Of a stretch of DNA of 50,769 bases, positions 38,465-48,085 are shown one piece after another. Both the position numbers and the translations under genes were made by a program. The DNA comes from Candidatus Polarisedimenticolia bacterium (GTDB taxonomy: Bacteria; Acidobacteriota; Polarisedimenticolia; SMYD01). A model generated the notes under the pieces. That model saw nothing but the letters and a program-made list of their open reading frames with translations. It searched no databases and was not told the origin of the DNA. Position 1 is the stretch's first letter. Every line of letters begins with the position of its first letter. Location: the NCBI GenBank assembly GCA_041580435.1, contig JBFGDW010000001.1, forward strand, positions 1 through 50,769, written 5' to 3'.

Positions 38465-39259
38465 TTGCACCCGATCCTGTTCACCGTGCCCCTGTTCGGT
38501 CATGTGGTGGAGATCCCCACCTACGGGGTGATCCTGGCTGCGGCGTTTCTCGTCATCCTGAAGGCCGCCTCCATCCTGTCCCGCCGGGAAGGGCTGCCTC
38601 CCCGGGACGTTGTCGATCTGGGATTCATGGTCTTCCTGGCCGGGCTGGTGGGGGCCAAGCTCCTGCTCATCCTCCTGGACCTGCCCCACTACCTGTCCCA
38701 TCCCGCGGACCTGCTGGGCACGCTCCGGTCCGCCGGCGTCTTCTACGGTGGCCTGCTGGCGGCGGTGCCGGTGGGCATCTGGTTCGCACGCTCCCGGGGC
38801 CTGAACCTGTGGAAGGTGATGGACGTGGCCGGGATCTGCCTGCCCATCGGGCTGGCGGTGGGACGGCTGGGCTGCTTCGCGGCCGGCTGCTGCTACGGCA
38901 AGACCTGCAGCCTGCCCTGGGCGGTGACCTTCACCAGCGAGGCTGCTGCCAGGACCACCGGTGTCCCACTGGGAATCCCCCTGCACCCCACACAGATCTA
39001 CCTTTCCCTCAACGCCGCCGCCCTCACCATGGTCCTGCTGTGGCTGCAGCGCCGCAAGACCTACGACGGGCAGGTTTTCCTCTGGTTCGTGGTTTTGTAC
39101 GGCGCCACCCGCAGTGGCTGGGAGATCCTGCGGGGCGACGCGGTGCGCGGCTTCCTCATCCCCGGGTGGATATCAACCTCCCAGGCCATCGGGATGGCCT
39201 CGGTGGCCGCCGGCCTTGCCCTCATGGCGTGGCGCCGGCGTGCCGCGCCGCGGGGCTGA
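38465..39259 (+). CDS. lgt: Prolipoprotein diacylglyceryl transferase
   Basis: IPTYGVILAAAF, GRLGCFAAGCCYG, HPTQIYLSL, YGATRSGWEILRGD. TTG start directly after the lspA stop. Confidence 0.88.
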   Translation: MHPILFTVPLFGHVVEIPTYGVILAAAFLVILKAASILSRREGLPPRDVVDLGFMVFLAGLVGAKLLLILLDLPHYLSHPADLLGTLRSAGVFYGGLLAAVPVGIWFARSRGLNLWKVMDVAGICLPIGLAVGRLGCFAAGCCYGKTCSLPWAVTFTSEAAARTTGVPLGIPLHPTQIYLSLNAAALTMVLLWLQRRKTYDGQVFLWFVVLYGATRSGWEILRGDAVRGFLIPGWISTSQAIGMASVAAGLALMAWRRRAAPRG

Positions 39260-39266
39260 GCCAGGG

Positions 39267-40232
39267 GTGGACACCGGCGGCCGGCGGCACCGCGTCCAGG
39301 CTGGCGAGGCCGACCAGGGCCAGCGGCTGGATGCCTTCCTGGCCCACCGGCTGGCAGGGCGCTCGCGCACCGAGGTGGCCCGCTGGATCCGGAGCGGCCT
39401 GGTGACCCTGGACGGCCGCCCCGCCCGGGCCTCGCATCGGCTTGCCGCAGGCGAGTGGGTCGAGGTGCGCGAGCCCGAGGCGGCACCCAGCCTCCTCATC
39501 CCCCAGCCCATGGACCTGGAGGTGCTCCACGAGGACGATCAGATCCTGGTGCTGGTCAAGCCGCCGGGCCTGGTGGTTCATCCTGGCGCCGGCGTGCACT
39601 CCGGGACGCTGGTGCACGCCCTCCTGGCCCGCGGGGAGCGCTGGTCCACCATCGGTGGCGAGGTCCGCCCGGGGATCGTGCACCGGCTGGACCGCGCCAC
39701 GTCAGGCGTCATGGTGGTGGCGCGCACCGACGCAGCGCACCGCTCCTTGGCCGCGCAGTTCAAGGATCGCACGGTGGAGAAGAGCTACACCGCCCTGGTC
39801 ATCGGCCGGCCCGAGGCACCGCGCGGGCTCATCGACGCGCCCGTGGGACGCCACCGCCAGCACCGGGCGCGCATGGCGGTCCGGGACGACGGCCGGCCGG
39901 CGCAGACCCGCTACCAGGTGGCCGAGGAGCTGGGGCCCTTGACCCTCCTGGCCGCCTCCCCGCTCACCGGGCGCACCCACCAGATCCGCGTGCACCTGTC
40001 CAGCATGGGCCACCCCATCGCCGGGGATCGCATGTACGGTGGCGTCACCCAGGCCCGGGGGCTCACATCGGCCCCGGTGCGGCGCGCCCTGGCCGCCTTC
40101 GGCCGGCTGGCCCTGCACGCCACGCGGCTGGCGTTTCGTCATCCCGTCACGGGCGAGGAGATCACATTCTCCGCCCCGCCGCCCGACGACTTCACGGCCT
40201 TGCTGTGCCGCCTGCGGGAGGCCCGGCCGTGA
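39267..40232 (+). CDS. rluD: 23S rRNA pseudouridine synthase, RluA/RluD family
   Basis: S4-like N-terminus (RLDAFLAHRLAGRSRTEVARWIRSGLVTLDG). Catalytic HRLDRATSGVMVVA, YTALV, HQIRVH. Start taken at GTG 39267; the track ORF start at 38961 lies inside lgt. Confidence 0.85.
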   Translation: MDTGGRRHRVQAGEADQGQRLDAFLAHRLAGRSRTEVARWIRSGLVTLDGRPARASHRLAAGEWVEVREPEAAPSLLIPQPMDLEVLHEDDQILVLVKPPGLVVHPGAGVHSGTLVHALLARGERWSTIGGEVRPGIVHRLDRATSGVMVVARTDAAHRSLAAQFKDRTVEKSYTALVIGRPEAPRGLIDAPVGRHRQHRARMAVRDDGRPAQTRYQVAEELGPLTLLAASPLTGRTHQIRVHLSSMGHPIAGDRMYGGVTQARGLTSAPVRRALAAFGRLALHATRLAFRHPVTGEEITFSAPPPDDFTALLCRLREARP

Positions 40233-41122
40233 GGGGAGCGCGGCCGCCGCTGGCGCTCCTGGGCGCGGGGCGGGCCGGTGGCACCCTGGCGGTCCTGCTG
40301 GCCCACTGCGGCTGGACGCCGGGGGTGATCTGGTCCCGGCGCCGGGCCTCCGCCCGGCGCGCCGCCCGCCGCGCCGCGGCCGCCGCCCCTGACGGGAGCC
40401 TCCCCCCGGCAGCCACCGTGGATCCCCGGCGGGCTCTGGCCGGCGCGCAGCTGCTCCTTCTGGCCGTCCCTGACGATGCCCTCGCCCCCTTCGCGGGTGA
40501 GCTGGCCCGCGTGGGGCCCGCCCCGGCCAACGGAATCGCCCTGCACCTGTCCGGCGTGCACCCTGCGGCAGTCCTGTCGCCTCTGAGGCGGTCCGGCTGG
40601 CAGATCGGCGCGATCCACCCGCTGGCCATCCTCCCTTCCGGGGTTCCACCGCGACGACTGCTGGCGGGCGCTGCGTTCGGCGTGGAGGGAACACCGGTGG
40701 CGCTGCGCCAGGCGCGCGCTCTGGCCCGCCTTCTCGGCGGGCATCCCTGCCTCGTGCCGCCGGCGGCGCGGCCGGCCTACCACCTGGCGGCGGCCCTGGT
40801 GGCCAACGACAGCCTCGCCCTCCTGAGCCTGGCCATGGACCGGGCCTGCCGTGCAGGCCTGCCCGAGACCGCCCTGCGCCGCGGCCTGGCCCACCTGCTG
40901 GCCGGGGTGGCACGCGCCGCCCGGGCCCAGGGGCCGGCCCGGGCCCTCACCGGCCCGGTGGCGCGTGGCGATGCCCAGACCCTCCGCCGGCACCTGCAGG
41001 CCGCCGGACCGGCCCGACGTATCCACCGGGATCTGTCCCTCGTGCTCGTGGATCTGGCCCGCCGCGGGGGGCGCATGGACGCGGCGCAGGCGCGCCGGCT
41101 GCGGCGCGCCCTCCGCTCCTGA
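40229..41122 (+). CDS. Rossmann-like / DUF2520-domain protein
   Basis: LALLGAGRAGGTLAVLL (GxGxxG), LLLLAVPDDAL, GAIHPL, LTGPVARGD. GTGA overlap with the rluD stop (40229..40232). Confidence 0.65.
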   Translation: MRGARPPLALLGAGRAGGTLAVLLAHCGWTPGVIWSRRRASARRAARRAAAAAPDGSLPPAATVDPRRALAGAQLLLLAVPDDALAPFAGELARVGPAPANGIALHLSGVHPAAVLSPLRRSGWQIGAIHPLAILPSGVPPRRLLAGAAFGVEGTPVALRQARALARLLGGHPCLVPPAARPAYHLAAALVANDSLALLSLAMDRACRAGLPETALRRGLAHLLAGVARAARAQGPARALTGPVARGDAQTLRRHLQAAGPARRIHRDLSLVLVDLARRGGRMDAAQARRLRRALRS

Positions 41123-41135
41123 GCGGCACGCGCCC

Positions 41136-42704
41136 TCAGGGCGTGGAGCCCTGGGGCCGTTCCGCCAGTTCCTCAGCGATCCGCTGCATGCGCAGCGACT
41201 GGAACGCGTCCCCACCCGCCGCCAGCAGCTCGGCCGAGCGCCGGTAGTGCGCCTGGGCGACCGCCCGGTCTCCCCGGGCCAGGGCCGCGGCCCCCAGCCC
41301 CCCCTCGGCCAGCCCCTCCACCTGGGGCAGGCCGCCCGCCCGCGCCAGGCGGATGGCCTCCATGAGGGGCGCTCTGGCCTCCTCCGGGCGCCCCGCCTCC
41401 AGGAGGGCCGCGCCCAGATGCTGCCGGGCGCGGGCCTCCGCTCCGTCGTCTCCCCGCCGGGCGAAGTGCGCGGCGGCATCCCGGTACCGCGTGACGGCAC
41501 GCTCCCAGTCATCCAGGTCACCGTGCAGCTCCCCCGCCAGGAACAGCAGCTCACCCAGCTGATCGCTGAGGCCCCCCAGGCGCGCCGCGGCCACGGCCTT
41601 CTCGATCACCTCGGCGCCCCGGGCGGTGGCCCCGGCCGCCGCGTGGATGCGCGCGGCGTTGAGATAGGCCTCGGCCACCAGGGGCAGGGCCCGGCCCTGC
41701 TCCGCCAGCCGTCCCGCCGCCTCGTAGTCGGCGGCCGAGGTGGGGCGCGCTCCGTCGGCGTCCCGCAGCCGGGCTCGTTCCAGGATCACCTGGGCGGCCA
41801 GGACCGGCAACCCGGCGTCGAACGCAATCTGTCGCGCCCGGGAGAGCACGTCGAAGGCGCGGCTGGTCTGCCCCGATGCCACCTGGGCCTCGGCCAGCAG
41901 GATAAGCGAGCCGATCTCCCCCTCGGCGTCGCCGATCTGCTCCGAGACCGCCGCCGCCGCTCCCAGCGACTCGGCGGCCGGCCCCGGCCGCGCCGTGTCC
42001 AGCAAGAGCTGCCCCCGGGCCAGGAGGGCGTCCCGCAGGCGCGGCAGCTCGCCGCCGGCACGGAAGGCGGCAGCGGCCTTCTCGTAGTGGAGCACCGCCG
42101 GATCGGCGTGGCCGAGCCGCTCCAGCGTCTGTCCCAGCGCGCCGTCCACCAGTCCGGCGCAGCGAAGGTCCCCCAGCTCCCTGCAGGTGTCGGCGGACTT
42201 CTCCAGCTCCCGGGGCGACGGCGGTGCCGTCCCTCCCGTGGCCGCCAGGAGATCATCCACTGCAACCCGCGCCTGGACCTGGGAGGGGGACCAGGCCTGC
42301 ATCACCTTGAGCCTCTGGGCCAGGGTGATGTCCTCGGTCATCTGCATGTAGATGGCCGCCAGGTGGCCGGCGATGAGGAAGCGACTCAGGCCTTCGTCGC
42401 CGCTGCCGTCCCCTTCGCTCCCGCCAGGCGCCGCTCCGGTCTGGCGCATGGCCAGATCGGCCAGCTGGTGCGTGACCTCGCGGAAGCTCCACGGGTCCTC
42501 CACCGCCAGGGCATAGAGGGCCTCGGTCTGCTCCGAGGTCACGGCGCGCCGGACGCGCCGGAAGGACTCATCCTCGGCTCCGCCGGCCTGCCCGGTCATG
42601 GCAGCCGCGCCGGCCGGCACCGGCGCAGCCCCCGCCCCGGAGCAGCCCGGAGCGGCGAGCAGGGCGTGGGCCAGGAGCCAGGCATTCAGGGCGCCGCGGG
42701 TCAC
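41136..42704 (-). CDS. Exported TPR-repeat protein (possible lipoprotein)
   Basis: Signal sequence MTRGALNAWLLAHALLAAPGC, then more than ten TPR-like Ala/Leu-rich helical repeats. The lipobox is atypical (APGC). Confidence 0.6.
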   Translation of the reverse strand: MTRGALNAWLLAHALLAAPGCSGAGAAPVPAGAAAMTGQAGGAEDESFRRVRRAVTSEQTEALYALAVEDPWSFREVTHQLADLAMRQTGAAPGGSEGDGSGDEGLSRFLIAGHLAAIYMQMTEDITLAQRLKVMQAWSPSQVQARVAVDDLLAATGGTAPPSPRELEKSADTCRELGDLRCAGLVDGALGQTLERLGHADPAVLHYEKAAAAFRAGGELPRLRDALLARGQLLLDTARPGPAAESLGAAAAVSEQIGDAEGEIGSLILLAEAQVASGQTSRAFDVLSRARQIAFDAGLPVLAAQVILERARLRDADGARPTSAADYEAAGRLAEQGRALPLVAEAYLNAARIHAAAGATARGAEVIEKAVAAARLGGLSDQLGELLFLAGELHGDLDDWERAVTRYRDAAAHFARRGDDGAEARARQHLGAALLEAGRPEEARAPLMEAIRLARAGGLPQVEGLAEGGLGAAALARGDRAVAQAHYRRSAELLAAGGDAFQSLRMQRIAEELAERPQGSTP

Positions 42705-42783
42705 ACCATCATTCTAGCCTCTCCCCTGGCTCCCGGGCCGGGGGCCAGTGGGGAACGATGTGGGGCCTGCAGGTCTTGCAGGT

Positions 42784-43515
42784 CTAGATGAGGGAGACCA
42801 TCTGCGGCTCGCTGAGCCGTCGCTCGGAGCCGTTGCGCTTCTCGAGGAGCATCTCCCGGACCCCGTTCTTCAGCAGCACGGTCTGGGCGATGTCGAAGTC
42901 CGGGAACAGGCGCAGGATGTCCCGGTTGGGAAGGTGGTGGGGGCGGAGGCGGGGGCCCTCCACATCCTCTGGCTCCACGTGGCCGGCCGCCCGGATGCGG
43001 AACCGCCGCGGGGGCCGCGAGGCAGCGTCCCGGGCCGGTCCGAACAGGGCCAGCACGAAGCCGCCGGGCGCCGTGACGCGCCGGATCTCCCCGGCCACGG
43101 CCAGGGCCTCGGGCTCGGCCAGGTAGTCGAACAGGTCCCAGCAGAGGACAGCCTGAAAGGCCGAGGTGTCGTGGTCCACCGGCGGGATGGCCGGGGGCGT
43201 GGTGGCGGCGGGCTTGCTCCGGGCCGCGGCGCGAGCCGGCCGGCGGTCCCTGCTGGCGCCTCGCCCCTCGGTGGGCGGCGCCGGTCGCGGACGGGTGAGA
43301 AGCGTGGCGGTGTAATCGTCCACGTGGACCTTGCAGCCCAGGCGGATGAAGTAGTCGATGTTGCTGCCGCAGGTGTAGCCGAGATCGAGGAGACGTGGGT
43401 GGGGTAGGCGCCGGAGACGGGTCACCAGGCCTTCCAGGGATCGCCCGAAGCGAACCGAGGAGCCAGGCAGACCTGCCGCCGTTGGCGTGGACCTCTCACG
43501 CTGCCACCACGTCAT
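42784..43515 (-). CDS. Class I SAM-dependent methyltransferase-like protein with a Pro/Ala/Arg-rich insert
   Basis: RLLDLGYTCGSNIDYF (motif I-like), VLCWDLFDYL, APGGFVLALF. A low-complexity insert of about 40 aa sits between motif I and motif II. Confidence 0.55.
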   Translation of the reverse strand: MTWWQRERSTPTAAGLPGSSVRFGRSLEGLVTRLRRLPHPRLLDLGYTCGSNIDYFIRLGCKVHVDDYTATLLTRPRPAPPTEGRGASRDRRPARAAARSKPAATTPPAIPPVDHDTSAFQAVLCWDLFDYLAEPEALAVAGEIRRVTAPGGFVLALFGPARDAASRPPRRFRIRAAGHVEPEDVEGPRLRPHHLPNRDILRLFPDFDIAQTVLLKNGVREMLLEKRNGSERRLSEPQMVSLI

Positions 43516-43538
43516 GGACCCGATCCCGGGAGGACGAC

Positions 43539-44087
43539 CTACGGGCGCGCCGCGCTGCGATTGCCCTCGGCGGGAGCACTGTCGGTGATGAGGGTCGGCG
43601 TCGCCGTTGCCTTGTCCTTGGCCGCGACCTTGCTCGCGCCGGGGCGCGGGCCGGACATGTCCACCGAGCCCTTGAAGCGGGCACCGTCGGCAATGACGAT
43701 GCGGGGCGCCACGATGTCGCCATTGACCCGCCCGGTCTCGGCCAGTTCCACCTTCTCGTGGGCGCTGATGTTGCCCGTGACCTCGCCGCGGATGAGCACG
43801 GTCTTGGCGCCCACCTCGGCCTGGATCCGGCCGTTGGGGCCGATGGTGAGGTTGTGCTCCTTGAGATCAATCTTGCCTTCCACCTTGCCCTCGATGGTCA
43901 GGTCCTCATCACCGGTCAACTCGCCACGAATACAGATGCTCTGGCCAATGTTCACGATCCCCTCGTTTAATGATGCGCCCCCTCGAGCGGGAGCAGCGAT
44001 GAAATCCCGGGAAGGCGTGCCGGCAGGCTCGCGCTTCGCCGCCCTGGGATCGGCGGCCGGGGTGTCCGTCTCCCTGCGGTTCCACAT
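43539..44087 (-). CDS. Bactofilin (polymer-forming cytoskeletal protein)
   Basis: Beta-helical repeats IGQSICIRGELTGDEDLTIEGKVEGKIDLKEHNLTIGPNGRIQAEVGAKTVLIRGEVTGNISAHEKVELAETGRVNGDIVAPRIVIADGARFKGSV, with disordered termini. ATG is preceded by GGAGG with 8-nt spacing. Confidence 0.9.
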   Translation of the reverse strand: MWNRRETDTPAADPRAAKREPAGTPSRDFIAAPARGGASLNEGIVNIGQSICIRGELTGDEDLTIEGKVEGKIDLKEHNLTIGPNGRIQAEVGAKTVLIRGEVTGNISAHEKVELAETGRVNGDIVAPRIVIADGARFKGSVDMSGPRPGASKVAAKDKATATPTLITDSAPAEGNRSAARP

Positions 44088-44168
44088 GATGCGGACCTCC
44101 TTACGAAAAAGTTTAGTCTAACACAAATATAGTCCTGTTCCGTGGAGTTGCCAGTCCCGGGCGGAGAA

Positions 44169-45500
44169 ATGGCGGCCCACCGGGCACGGACCTATATTCC
44201 CGGCGTGAATCCGCTGCTCATGAGCCTGGCCGCGGTGCCCATGCAACCGTGGGAGGCCCTCAATCCTCTCATGGCCGCGCTGCTGGTCATCACCGTTCTC
44301 GTGGTGCTGGCCATCGGCTACCTCCTGGGGCGCGCCCTCTCCGGACAGATGCGCACCGCTGAGTCTGGCCCGGCGGCCATGGCCGCTTCCGAGGCCACCG
44401 ACATGCGCCGGGCCCTGCGCCGGATGGAGCAGGAGGTCAACGAGATGACCCTGTTCTTCGTGGCGCTGCCTGACCTGATCAAGCAGCTCAACGACAACAG
44501 GGACAAGCGGCACATCGCCCCCCTCCTCCTGCGCCTCCTGGACGTCATCTTCGAGCCGGGCCAGATCTGCATCTTCTACCGCTCCGCCCGCGAGGATGGG
44601 GTGTTCAAGCTGGCGGCCAGCAAGGGCCTGCCCCGGGCCATCGAGGACAAGGGCCTGCTGGTCCGCGCCGGCGAGGGGCGCGTGGGGTTCGTGGCCGAGC
44701 ACCAGATGGTCATGGATGCCCGCGACTTCGTCACCTCGCCCAGCTTCCACGGCGATGGTCCCGGGAGCACAGGCCGGATCCAGATCGATCTCATCGCTCC
44801 CATGCTGGATGCCGACGATCACCGCACCATCGGCATCATCACCGTGGGCAACCTGACCCGGACGCCGCGCAACGAGAAGAAGATGATCAAGATGGTGGCC
44901 GACCTGGGCTCCATGGGGATCAAGAATGCCGATTACCACCAGCGCATCCAGACCCAGGCCAACGAGGACAGCCTGACCAAGCTGTACAACAAGCGGTTCG
45001 GCGCCGATCAGCTCTCCCTCAGCATCAACCGGGCGGAGAAGGAGAACAAGCCCCTCTCCATCTTCCTGTTCGACATCGATCACTTCAAGACGTACAACGA
45101 CACCAATGGGCACCTGGAGGGGGACGAGGTGCTGCGCCAGATTGGACGCCTCGTGGCCGGGACCATCCGGGCGGATGACTTTGCCGCCCGGTTCGGCGGT
45201 GAGGAGTTCCTGGTGGTGTTCCAGGATACGGACAAGGAGGGGGCCCTCATCGCCGCCGACAAGCTCCGGCGGCAGGTCGAGTCGTTCCCTTTCCCCCACC
45301 AGGAGCACCAGCCCGGCGGCAAGCTCACCATCAGCGGTGGGGTGGCGGCCTTCCGCACCGACTCCCGCAGCTCCACCGAGCTGATTCGCCTGGCTGACGA
45401 GGCCCTCTACGAGGCCAAGAAAGAGGGGCGGAACCGGGTTCTAGGCTGTCGCACCCCTTACATGTCAGGAGGGACGGAGCCCGAGCCGATCCGCCTCTGA
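44169..45500 (+). CDS. Membrane-anchored GAF-GGDEF diguanylate cyclase with I-site
   Basis: TM helix, GAF-like middle, then DSLTKLYNKR, FLFDIDHFKTYND, RADD (RxxD) five residues before GGEEF, and YEAKKEGRNRV. The start is uncertain: GTG 44142, ATG 44169, GTG 44205 and ATG 44220 are all in frame. Confidence 0.88.
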   Translation: MAAHRARTYIPGVNPLLMSLAAVPMQPWEALNPLMAALLVITVLVVLAIGYLLGRALSGQMRTAESGPAAMAASEATDMRRALRRMEQEVNEMTLFFVALPDLIKQLNDNRDKRHIAPLLLRLLDVIFEPGQICIFYRSAREDGVFKLAASKGLPRAIEDKGLLVRAGEGRVGFVAEHQMVMDARDFVTSPSFHGDGPGSTGRIQIDLIAPMLDADDHRTIGIITVGNLTRTPRNEKKMIKMVADLGSMGIKNADYHQRIQTQANEDSLTKLYNKRFGADQLSLSINRAEKENKPLSIFLFDIDHFKTYNDTNGHLEGDEVLRQIGRLVAGTIRADDFAARFGGEEFLVVFQDTDKEGALIAADKLRRQVESFPFPHQEHQPGGKLTISGGVAAFRTDSRSSTELIRLADEALYEAKKEGRNRVLGCRTPYMSGGTEPEPIRL

Positions 45501-45545
45501 TCCCGACGGGCCACCGGCGTGTTAAGCTGGCGCCGGCACAGGCCC

Positions 45546-45896
45546 ATGACCAAGCGCCCCGCACGCCGGCACACCCCTCGCCCCACCCCCACCTACGTCA
45601 CCACCCTTCTGGGCAACGGCGAGATCTGTCCCATCAGCGAGATGCTGGGCCGCCGACGCCTGCGGCGGATTGCCGCGGACTCGGCCGAGGGGCGCCGCCT
45701 GCTGCGCTCCGGACAGGTGACGGTTCGCACCCGCCAGGGCCGGCGGTTCTCCGGCACGTCCATCGTGGAGGTGTTCGACGAGCTGGCCCGGGAGCTGCGC
45801 CAGGCCGCGTCCGATCCCGGAGCCGATCCCCGGGCGGTGGAGGACCTGGAGCGCGCCCTGGATGCCCTGACTCGCCGCCGTAGCGACTACGGCTGA
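45546..45896 (+). CDS. Hypothetical basic protein (no family recognised)
   Basis: ORF with a mixed-composition C-terminal half (GTSIVEVFDELARELRQAASDPGADPRAVEDLERALDAL). There is no convincing RBS for ATG 45546 or GTG 45519. Its 3' end overlaps the convergent gene by 10 nt. It may not be expressed. Confidence 0.35.
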   Translation: MTKRPARRHTPRPTPTYVTTLLGNGEICPISEMLGRRRLRRIAADSAEGRRLLRSGQVTVRTRQGRRFSGTSIVEVFDELARELRQAASDPGADPRAVEDLERALDALTRRRSDYG

Positions 45897-48085
45897 GGCG
45901 TGAATCGCAGTCGCGCCGAGGCCTCGTTGCCGGCCAGGTCGCGGACGGTGATGACCACCTCGTGGGTCCCGGCGCCCCCGGCGGGCGCCGTGATGCGATA
46001 GCGCTCCCGCGGCTGGTCCTCCACCCCGTCGTCTGGGAGAGCCCCCTGCCAGGGACCGCCATTCAGGGACCAGGACGCGCCCCGCACCCCTTCCCCCGCG
46101 TCCCGAGCCACGAAGCTGAAGACCCAGTCGCCCCGACTCGCCTGCCAGCGCAGATCCTCGATGACGGGCGGCGTCCGGTCCACCACGAAGCGGGCGGTCT
46201 CGAGGAACGCCTGGCGCGCCCGCTCCTTCGTGTTGCCGGGAGCATCACTCACCTCCACGCGGAAGACGTAGCCGCCATCCGGCAGCCGCGCCTCGTCGAA
46301 GACGTGAAACCCGTCGGTGATCCCCTCGGCGAAAAGAAGGAATGCGTCATCCGCATCGCCACGGAGCAGGAGCCGGGCCACCAGCGGGTCGCCGTCGTCA
46401 TCGGCGGCGTCCCAGGTCACCGTCCGGCGCCCCGCCTGGAACACGCGCCGCACCCGGAATCCGGGCCCGATCCCTCCGCCCCCGTCCCCCCCGAGCGCGC
46501 CGGCCGCCGCCGATCCGGGGGCAGGTGCCGCCGGACCGGGCACTGCGGGGAGCGGCTCCAGCGCCACACCGGAGGGGAGGACCTCGGTCCGCTCCAGGCG
46601 CGGCGGCCTGTTCTGGGGGAGGATGGCGAGGCGGACCCGGGCCAGCTCGACCGCCCCGGAGCGGAAACGCGCTCGCCACTGGACGAACCGGCCCGGCGGG
46701 GCCACCGGGGCCGCCGCCTCGCCGCCACGCCGCCAGTCCGACCAGGCGCTCCAGGTCTCGTCGGGTCGGGCGCTCAGACCGCTGCGGAAGGAGAGCTCCA
46801 CCGGGGCGCCGCTGCCGCGCGTCTCCCAGCGGGCGGCGCCGAACCGGGCGCCGGGGCCGGCGTCGTGGACCGGGGCCACCACCAGCCCTTCATCGCCCGC
46901 CGCCGGCGGCGCCAGGCGAACCACGCTCCCAAGGCCGCCCGTGGCGACGATCACAGCCCCGCCAGGCTCCGCCGCCAGCGCCGTGACGGAGCGCGCCGGC
47001 AGCGTGGCCAGCCGGCGAGTCTGGCCCGTGGCCAGGTCGATGGCATGGATCGCCCCGCCAGGCGACGTCCCCACCCAGATCTCGCCCGACCCGGGACGGT
47101 GCAGCAGGCTCACGGCGATCTCCCCCTGGCCGGCCCAGAGCCGATTCACTCCCCCGGCGGCATCGATGCGAACCACCTCCGAGCGGCCTGCCGCCTCGCC
47201 GCCCCGCCCGGCGGCCGCGCCTCCGGCTGCCTGCGGCAGCCCCGGCCCGGCAGGAGCCTGGGCCCCTGACGCCGGCGATCCTCCTGGCGCCAGGGGCGGC
47301 GCCGACGGTGTCCCGCCCGCGGCGGACACCAACGCCGCCACCACGTCGCCCTCCACCACAACCAGGGCCGCAACTTCGGCGTGCTCCGACTCGAGCAGGA
47401 CCCCGGCCAGCCCGCCGCCGTCCACCTTGACGATGCGACCACGCCCCGAGGTGCCCACCCAGACGGCGCCGGCACCGGCGGGCGCCAGGCAGCGCGCCTG
47501 GTCATGCCCCAGCAGGACAACCTGCCGCGCCGGTTTCCCGGGCGCGGGCATGTGCAGCACACCTCCCGGGTCCCCGGTGGCCACCCAGAGTCCCCCCTGT
47601 CCGTCGTCCAGCAGGTCCCAGATGTACCGGGATCCGGTGGCGAGCAGGGTCGTGGCCGTCCCATCCGGCGCCACGGACTCGACGCGCCCCCCCGGGGAGA
47701 TGGCGGCGAGGATGCGCCCCTGCGGGCCCGGAGCCAGGGCGGTGACCTCGGCCTCGGCCACCTCCAGCAGGGGCTGCCCCTCGGCGGCAGGGGGAAAGCG
47801 CAGCAGCGTCCCCGGCGCCCCCCCGGCCGCGTGGAGGGTCCCGTCCGGGGCGGGAAGCAGGTCCCAGATCACCGGCAGGGAGGGTCCGGCCAGGGCGCGG
47901 GGCTGCGGCCCCCGCGCCAGCCCGCCCAGGCGCGTCACCGCCACCCCCTGCAGCTCGAGCCCCGCCACGCCCCGGAAGTCGCTCACCTCGTGAAAGCGCG
48001 TCCCTCCGCCGGTGACCGGGGCCGCCGAGAGGATCAGCGCGCACAGGAGCGCACCCCCCTGCCGGCGCACCGTGCGCACCGTCAC
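45887..48085 (-). CDS. Secreted beta-propeller-like protein with Ig-like C-terminal domains
   Basis: Signal peptide MTVRTVRRQGGALLCALILSAAP. Repeated blade-like units (YIWDLLDDGQGGLWVATGDPGG, AVWVGTSGRGRIVKV, EIWVGTSPGGAIHAIDL) resemble two-component-regulator propeller repeats. The C-terminus is beta-rich (RFVQWRARF..., VVITVRDLAGNEASARL). GTGA overlap with the upstream stop (48082..48085). Confidence 0.6.
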   Translation of the reverse strand: MTVRTVRRQGGALLCALILSAAPVTGGGTRFHEVSDFRGVAGLELQGVAVTRLGGLARGPQPRALAGPSLPVIWDLLPAPDGTLHAAGGAPGTLLRFPPAAEGQPLLEVAEAEVTALAPGPQGRILAAISPGGRVESVAPDGTATTLLATGSRYIWDLLDDGQGGLWVATGDPGGVLHMPAPGKPARQVVLLGHDQARCLAPAGAGAVWVGTSGRGRIVKVDGGGLAGVLLESEHAEVAALVVVEGDVVAALVSAAGGTPSAPPLAPGGSPASGAQAPAGPGLPQAAGGAAAGRGGEAAGRSEVVRIDAAGGVNRLWAGQGEIAVSLLHRPGSGEIWVGTSPGGAIHAIDLATGQTRRLATLPARSVTALAAEPGGAVIVATGGLGSVVRLAPPAAGDEGLVVAPVHDAGPGARFGAARWETRGSGAPVELSFRSGLSARPDETWSAWSDWRRGGEAAAPVAPPGRFVQWRARFRSGAVELARVRLAILPQNRPPRLERTEVLPSGVALEPLPAVPGPAAPAPGSAAAGALGGDGGGGIGPGFRVRRVFQAGRRTVTWDAADDDGDPLVARLLLRGDADDAFLLFAEGITDGFHVFDEARLPDGGYVFRVEVSDAPGNTKERARQAFLETARFVVDRTPPVIEDLRWQASRGDWVFSFVARDAGEGVRGASWSLNGGPWQGALPDDGVEDQPRERYRITAPAGGAGTHEVVITVRDLAGNEASARLRFTPQP

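Noticed and set aside
35249-38986. 1245-aa ORF antisense to ileS/lspA/lgt. The same class includes 27408..30104 (-), 354..2747 (+), 3138..4580 (-), 4550..6121 (-), 14356..16179 (+), 40139..41554 (-), 40851..42791 (+), 46317..47993 (+) and 19664..21409 (-).
   Set aside because: These are shadow ORFs of a very GC-rich genome. Their translations are monotonous R/G/P/A/H/Q strings with no motifs. Each lies opposite or out of frame to a gene with unmistakable conserved motifs. Stop codons are simply rare in the off-frames.
42768-42785. Perfect tandem 9-mer TGCAGGTCT TGCAGGTCT abutting the methyltransferase stop codon.
   Set aside because: Only two copies and 18 nt in total. This is consistent with a slippage duplication and is too small to call a repeat element or operator without comparative data.
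44101-44140. TATAGT (44128..44133) as the -10 element of a promoter for the GGDEF gene.
   Set aside because: I found no acceptable -35 hexamer at 16-19 nt, so the region is reported only as an AT-rich divergent spacer.
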